From an uncultured Desulfovibrio sp. (GTDB lineage Bacteria; Desulfobacterota; Desulfovibrionia; Desulfovibrionales; Desulfovibrionaceae): a stretch of 64,000 nucleotides of DNA. The notes under the pieces were generated by a model. That model searched no databases, was not told the origin of the DNA, and saw only the letters and a program-made list of their open reading frames with translations. Position numbers and translations under genes: made by a program. Below are positions 59,260 through 64,000 of the stretch, one piece after another. Each line of letters begins with the position of its first letter. Within the stretch, counting starts at the first letter, position 1. Location of the stretch: positions 51 through 64,050 of the forward strand of contig CALBYZ010000020.1 in assembly GCA_937889575.1 (NCBI GenBank), read 5' to 3'.

Positions 59260-60660
59260 ATGCGGGATGACCTGTCCGTCCTGGTCAGTCTGCTCCAGAG
59301 CGTGAGCGTGATCATGGTCCTGGCCTTCGTGCTCGCCAGGACCAAAGCCTTCGCCGACATCCTCGACGGCCGGCCGACGCTCGGGGACAAGGCCGTCATC
59401 ATCGCGGCCTTCGGACTTTTTTCTATTTACGGCACCCTTTCCGGCATCCCCCTCATGGGGTCCTACATCAACATCCGCGACCTCGGGCCGGCCCTGGCCG
59501 GGCTTCTGGCCGGGCCCTGGGCCGGCTTCGGGGCCGGGCTCATCGGCGGCGCGCACCGCTTCTCCCTGGGCGGCCCCACCTGTTACGGCTGCACGCTCTC
59601 GACGGTCGTGGCCGGGCTGGTCGGCGGCTTGGTCCACAAACGCCTCGGCGGGCGGCTCCCGACCACGGGCCAGGCCGCGGCCCTGGCGCTGGCGATCGAG
59701 GCCTTCCACATGCTCGCGGGCCTGGCCTTCGGCCAACCCTACGAGACAGCGCTTGCCATCGTGCGTTCCGCCGCCGTGCCCATGCTCGTCTCCAATGCCG
59801 TGGGCATGGCTATTTTCGTGCTGATCATGCGCGTGGAGATCGAGGCCCGCGAGACGCGGCGCGTCAAGGAGGCCATCGAAGGCGAACTGCGCGTGGCGCG
59901 CGACATCCAGATGGGCATCGTGCCGCGCCTGTTCCCGCCGTTTCCCGACCGGCCCGAGGTGGAGCTTTTCGCGGTCCTCGATTCGGCCAAGGAAGTGGGC
60001 GGCGATTTCTACGACTATTACGCCCTGGACGACGATCGCATCTTCCTGGTCATTGGCGACGTCTCGGGCAAGGGCGTGCCGGCTTCCTTGGTCATGGCCG
60101 TGACCATGACGCTTTTCAAGGCCTATGCCCGGGCCGGGCGCAGCCCGGCGGAGGTGGCGGCCAAGGTCAACGACAAGCTGGCCGAAGGCAACGAGACCGG
60201 GCTTTTCGTCACGGCATTTTGCGCCGTGCTCGATTTGTCCACGGGCGTGGTGCGCTACGCCAACGCCGGCCACAACCCGCCGCTGGTGTTGCGCGAGCGC
60301 GGCGAGTCCGCCTACGTGCCGCGTCTGGGCGGGCTCGTGCTCGGAGGCGTGCCGGAATATCCCTACCGCACCGGCAGCCTGACACTGACTCCGGGCGACA
60401 CGCTCGTGCTTTACACCGACGGCGTGACCGAGGCCATGGACGCCGGGCAGGCGCTTTTCGGCGACGTGCGGCTGCTCGACGCCTGCCGGCCCGAACGCCA
60501 CCGCGCGCCGCAGGTGGTGGTGGAGGCGCTCCTTGGCGCGGTGCGGGAATACGCCGGCGACGCGCCGCAGTCCGACGACATCACGATTCTCGCCGTGCGC
60601 TATCTCGGCCGCGAACCGGGGGGCATCCCTCTTGACGCCGTGGCTGGTTCTGGAATATAA
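59260..60660 (+). CDS. LytS/YhcK-type 5TM sensor fused to a SpoIIE/PP2C phosphatase
   Basis: FGLFSIYGT, NIRDLG..GGPWAG..GGAHRF; VGGDFYD, GDVSGKG, NAGHNPP, YTDGVTEA, DDITIL. Confidence 0.9.
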   Translation: MRDDLSVLVSLLQSVSVIMVLAFVLARTKAFADILDGRPTLGDKAVIIAAFGLFSIYGTLSGIPLMGSYINIRDLGPALAGLLAGPWAGFGAGLIGGAHRFSLGGPTCYGCTLSTVVAGLVGGLVHKRLGGRLPTTGQAAALALAIEAFHMLAGLAFGQPYETALAIVRSAAVPMLVSNAVGMAIFVLIMRVEIEARETRRVKEAIEGELRVARDIQMGIVPRLFPPFPDRPEVELFAVLDSAKEVGGDFYDYYALDDDRIFLVIGDVSGKGVPASLVMAVTMTLFKAYARAGRSPAEVAAKVNDKLAEGNETGLFVTAFCAVLDLSTGVVRYANAGHNPPLVLRERGESAYVPRLGGLVLGGVPEYPYRTGSLTLTPGDTLVLYTDGVTEAMDAGQALFGDVRLLDACRPERHRAPQVVVEALLGAVREYAGDAPQSDDITILAVRYLGREPGGIPLDAVAGSGI

Positions 60661-60807
60661 ACTTCGGTTTCGCGTTGAGCACAACAAGGTTGCCGTGCTC
60701 CCGATACTCCGGAAGCCGCCCTTGACTCCGGGAAATGACGACTTACCAGGGTGTCACACCCGTCCCGGCCTGCCGACGCGGCGCGGACAACGCGCAAGGA
60801 GAAACGC

Positions 60808-61032
60808 ATGGCGCGCATTACCGTTGAAGATTGTCTTGAAAAAATCAACAACCGTTTCCTGATCGTGCAGATGGCCATCAAGCGGGTGCACCAGTACCGT
60901 GAAGGCTACGATCCCCTGGTCGAATGCAAGAACAAGGAAGTGGTCACCGCCCTGCGCGAAATCGCCGCCGGCGAAGTGCTGCCGAGCGAGCCCATCGTGG
61001 AAGCGGGCGTGCTGCTGCCTGAAAACGAATAG
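60808..61032 (+). CDS. rpoZ: RNA polymerase omega subunit
   Basis: [41 protein letters not shown]. Confidence 0.97.
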   Translation: MARITVEDCLEKINNRFLIVQMAIKRVHQYREGYDPLVECKNKEVVTALREIAAGEVLPSEPIVEAGVLLPENE

Positions 61033-61041
61033 TGAAATCCG

Positions 61042-62154
61042 ATGCCCCGGGATTACTATGAAGTGCTCGGCGTCGAACGCGGCGCCGATGACGAGACGAT
61101 CAAGAAGGCCTACCGCCAGCTGGCTTTCAAGTTTCATCCGGACCGCAATCCCGACGATCCCGAAGCCGAATCCAAGTTCAAGGAAGCGGCCGAGGCCTAC
61201 GAGGTGTTGCGCAACGCCGAAACCCGCGCCCGCTACGACCGCTTCGGCCACGAGGGCCTGGGCGGCAACGGCTTTGGCGGCTTCGGCTCCACGGACGATG
61301 TCTTCAGCGCCTTTTCCGACATCTTTGGCGAGTTCTTCGGTTTCGGCGGCCGCGGCGCATCGCGCGGGCCGCGCCCCCAGGCCGGCAACGACCTGCGCTA
61401 CGACCTGACCGTCTCCTTTCGCGACGCGGCCAAGGGTACGGAAGTCACGCTGAAGATTCCCAGAAACGTCGAATGCCACGTCTGCGGCGGTACCGGGGCC
61501 GAACCCGGGACCTCGCCCGAGACCTGCAAACAGTGCGGCGGCAGCGGCCAGGTGGTCCAGAACCAGGGCTTTTTCCGCATCGCCGTGACCTGCCCCATCT
61601 GCCGGGGCGAGGGCAAGGTGGTCACGTCCCCGTGCCGCGAATGCCGGGGCCGGGGCGTGACGCGCCAGACGCGCGAACTCAAGGTCCGCGTGCCTGCGGG
61701 CGTGGACGACGGCAGCCGGCTGCGGCTGCGCGGCGAGGGCGAATCCGGGCTGCACGGCGGCCCTCCGGGCGACCTCTACGTCATCCTGCACGTCGAGGCG
61801 GACAAGGTCTTCGAGCGTCAGGGCCAGAACCTCGTGCTGCGCGCCGAGATAGGCTTCGTCCAGGCCGCGCTCGGGCACAAGATCGAGGTGCCGACGCTCG
61901 ACGGCCACGAGATGATGGACATTCCCAAAGGCACGCAAAGCGGCGAGGTGTTTTCCCTGCGGGGGCTCGGCCTGCCCGTGCCCGGATCGAGCCGTAGTGG
62001 CGACCTGCTGGTCGAGGTGACGGTGGTCACGCCGAAAAACCTGACCAAGAAGCAGGAAGAGCTTTTGCGCGAGTTCGAGAAGCTCGACGAGCAAAAGCCC
62101 ATGAAAAAGGTGAAGGATTTCTTCCGTAAGGCCAAGGAGGCCATGGGGAACTGA
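61042..62154 (+). CDS. dnaJ: Chaperone DnaJ
   Basis: [16 protein letters not shown] region, four CxxCxGxG repeats, VPAGVDDG. Confidence 0.97.
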   Translation: MPRDYYEVLGVERGADDETIKKAYRQLAFKFHPDRNPDDPEAESKFKEAAEAYEVLRNAETRARYDRFGHEGLGGNGFGGFGSTDDVFSAFSDIFGEFFGFGGRGASRGPRPQAGNDLRYDLTVSFRDAAKGTEVTLKIPRNVECHVCGGTGAEPGTSPETCKQCGGSGQVVQNQGFFRIAVTCPICRGEGKVVTSPCRECRGRGVTRQTRELKVRVPAGVDDGSRLRLRGEGESGLHGGPPGDLYVILHVEADKVFERQGQNLVLRAEIGFVQAALGHKIEVPTLDGHEMMDIPKGTQSGEVFSLRGLGLPVPGSSRSGDLLVEVTVVTPKNLTKKQEELLREFEKLDEQKPMKKVKDFFRKAKEAMGN

Positions 62155-62585
62155 TGTCCATGTCGCAACGTTTGCTCACCGCGCTGTGCGCGTCGCTGTG
62201 CGCCGTGTTCCTGGCTTCCGCCGCTCTGGCCGGGTCGGCCGAGGAGTTCCGCGAAGGCATCGCCGCCGCCCGGGCCGGCGACATGGACAAGGCCATGGCC
62301 ATCTTCACCCGGGTGATCGAGGACGGCGCAAAGGACGCGGGCATGGACGTCAAGAACATGGCCAGCGCCTACAACCTGCGCGGCATGTGCCACGACGCGA
62401 AAAACGAGGCCGAGCTGGCCCTGGCCGACTACTCCAAGGCCATCGAGCTCGACGCCAAGATGGCCGAGGCCTACGGCAACCGGGCCATGCTCTACATGAA
62501 GCTCGGCGACGTCGACAAGGCCAAGGCCGACGCCACGGCCGCCAAACGCATCGACCGCAAGGTCAAGGTGCCGCATTTCGAGTAG
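62154..62585 (+). CDS. Exported TPR protein
   Basis: Signal peptide ending ALA; [22 protein letters not shown]. Confidence 0.85.
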   Translation: MSMSQRLLTALCASLCAVFLASAALAGSAEEFREGIAAARAGDMDKAMAIFTRVIEDGAKDAGMDVKNMASAYNLRGMCHDAKNEAELALADYSKAIELDAKMAEAYGNRAMLYMKLGDVDKAKADATAAKRIDRKVKVPHFE

Positions 62586-62592
62586 GGATTCC

Positions 62593-63105
62593 ATGAGCGA
62601 GGAACTGACCCATATCGACGCCGAAGGCCGCACCCGCATGGTGGATGTGGGAGCCAAGTCCAAGACGCGGCGGCTGGCCATTGCCGGCGGCGAAGTGCGC
62701 CTTGGCGAAAAGACCATGCGCCTGCTTTCCGACGCCGCCCTGCCCAAGGGCGACGCCCTGGCCACGGCCAAGATCGCCGGCATCATGGCCGCCAAGCGCA
62801 CGGCCGAGCTCATCCCCCTGTGCCATCCGCTGCCGCTCGCTTTCGCCGACGTGCGCTTCACCGTCGATGCGGACGCCTGCGTGGTGCATATCGAGGCCGA
62901 GGCCTCGACCACGGCCGAAACCGGCGTGGAAATGGAGGCGCTCACCGCCGCCTCCGTCGCCGCCCTGACCCTCTATGACATGTGCAAGGCCGTGCAGAAG
63001 GATATCGTTCTCGGCGAGATTCGGCTGCTGTATAAGGCCGGCGGCAAATCCGGCACCTATGTCTCCCCACTGTGGCCCAAGGAGCGGCCCCTGCCCGAGG
63101 CCTAG
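62593..63105 (+). CDS. moaC: Cyclic pyranopterin monophosphate synthase MoaC
   Basis: [64 protein letters not shown]. Confidence 0.97.
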   Translation: MSEELTHIDAEGRTRMVDVGAKSKTRRLAIAGGEVRLGEKTMRLLSDAALPKGDALATAKIAGIMAAKRTAELIPLCHPLPLAFADVRFTVDADACVVHIEAEASTTAETGVEMEALTAASVAALTLYDMCKAVQKDIVLGEIRLLYKAGGKSGTYVSPLWPKERPLPEA

Positions 63106-63130
63106 GCGTTTTCCTTTTTTGGGCAAGGCA

Positions 63131-63162
63131 AAGGCCCGGCGGACGCGCGTCCGCCGGGCCTT
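63131..63162. terminator. 32-bp perfect palindrome between convergent genes; probable terminator
   Basis: AAGGCCCGGCGGACGCGCGTCCGCCGGGCCTT. Confidence 0.6.
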
Positions 63163-63187
63163 GTCGTCTGGGCGGAATGGGGCGGGG

Positions 63188-63529
63188 TCATTGGCCGCGG
63201 GGACGCGCGCCCTGCGGGTTCGTGCACACGGCGTAGCCGACGTTGCAGTTGTTGATGCAGTTGGCCACCCCGGCGCACATCATGACGCAGCGCTGGTAGC
63301 TCTGCATGCAGCTGTTGTTGGCGTTGCCCCCTGGCTGGCCCTGGGGCATGCCCTGTGGTTGCTGCCGGTTGCCGCCTTGTTGCTGGCCGGGCGGCATGCC
63401 CATGGGGCCCTGCTGGGCGAGGAGCAGCGGCGTCTGGCCGGCGTCCGCCGGCGCGGCGGCGAGGCCGAAGGCCAGGGTCAGCGTGAAAAGCGCCACGCCG
63501 ACGCAACGTGATAGCTTGACGATGAACAT
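63188..63529 (-). CDS. Small secreted protein: signal peptide, Gln/Gly/Pro linker, six-Cys C-terminus
   Basis: GGAGG RBS; MFIVKLSRC..AAAPADA; CMQSYQRCVMMCAGVANCINNCNVGYAVC. Confidence 0.75.
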   Translation of the reverse strand: MFIVKLSRCVGVALFTLTLAFGLAAAPADAGQTPLLLAQQGPMGMPPGQQQGGNRQQPQGMPQGQPGGNANNSCMQSYQRCVMMCAGVANCINNCNVGYAVCTNPQGARPRGQ

Positions 63530-63581
63530 GGAATACCTCCCTGGGATGACGCTGCGACGTACGCCCATGCGCTGTCCGGCG

Positions 63582-63959
63582 TCAATCGAGATAACGCGAG
63601 GCCACCCAGCCTTCGAGGCCCCTGGTGTAGGCCCAGACATGAGCCCATGACCCCTCGTGGGAAAGCACCTGCACCTGTTCGCCCTTCCCCAGCGAGGCGA
63701 CGATGCCGCACTTGGTCGTAGGACAGGAACGCAGGCTCAGGCCGTCGATGTTGACCGCTGCGTAGACCGCATCCGGCGGCACGACCACGGCCGGGGGCAC
63801 GGCCACGCAGCCGTAGTCCGGCGACCAGTAGTAGCCGTCCGGACAGGGCGGCGGCGGGGCGGGATAGTAGACAGCCGGACCGGCCGTGACCGTGCAGCCC
63901 GCAAGCGCCGCCGCAACGCCCAAAACCGCCGTCAGGAGCAGGGCTTTTGTCGCCTTCAT
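63582..63959 (-). CDS. Lipoprotein with a Pro-rich segment and bacterial SH3 domain
   Basis: LAGC lipobox; LSLRSCPTTKCGIVASLGKGEQVQVL..WAHV..GWVASRYL. Confidence 0.85.
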   Translation of the reverse strand: MKATKALLLTAVLGVAAALAGCTVTAGPAVYYPAPPPPCPDGYYWSPDYGCVAVPPAVVVPPDAVYAAVNIDGLSLRSCPTTKCGIVASLGKGEQVQVLSHEGSWAHVWAYTRGLEGWVASRYLD

Positions 63960-64000
63960 GATCGTGTCTCCCCCTTGTGTCCCCGGCTCTCGGGCCTGAC

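Overview
High-GC bacterial chromosome segment. The gene content (perR-rubrerythrin-rubredoxin-like operon, archaeal-type AroA', many sigma54 regulators, GGGGC-rich intergenic hairpin repeats) suggests a sulfate-reducing Desulfovibrionaceae member, probably Solidesulfovibrio-like; this is an inference. About 60 CDS, mostly housekeeping: hemW, rarA, nadCAB, hisHF, mutL, alr, guanine deaminase, bioCHF/bioAD, modA, actP, rpoZ-dnaJ, moaC. I saw no rRNA, tRNA, CRISPR array, transposase or integrase. Main findings: (1) a tetra-tyrosine leader peptide with terminator/antiterminator, i.e. a classical attenuator, upstream of the AroA'-type aldolase (not in the supplied ORF track); (2) an apparently uncharacterised 10.5-kb five-gene envelope system (mini-FtsX permease, MacB/LolD ATPase, a 1669-aa degenerate M28-peptidase/FtsX fusion, two divergent OPT-like membrane proteins) followed by a LytS-type PP2C sensor; (3) an actP cluster with one intact and one degenerate DUF294 nucleotidyltransferase plus a DEDDh exonuclease; (4) a small duplicated-Cys4 protein ending in a clamp-binding-like QLELPF; (5) head-to-head bioF/bioA with almost no intergenic DNA, a dehydrogenase C-terminal fragment with its own RBS, and a dispersed REP-like repeat family. 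All calls come from reading motifs by eye; no database search was run.
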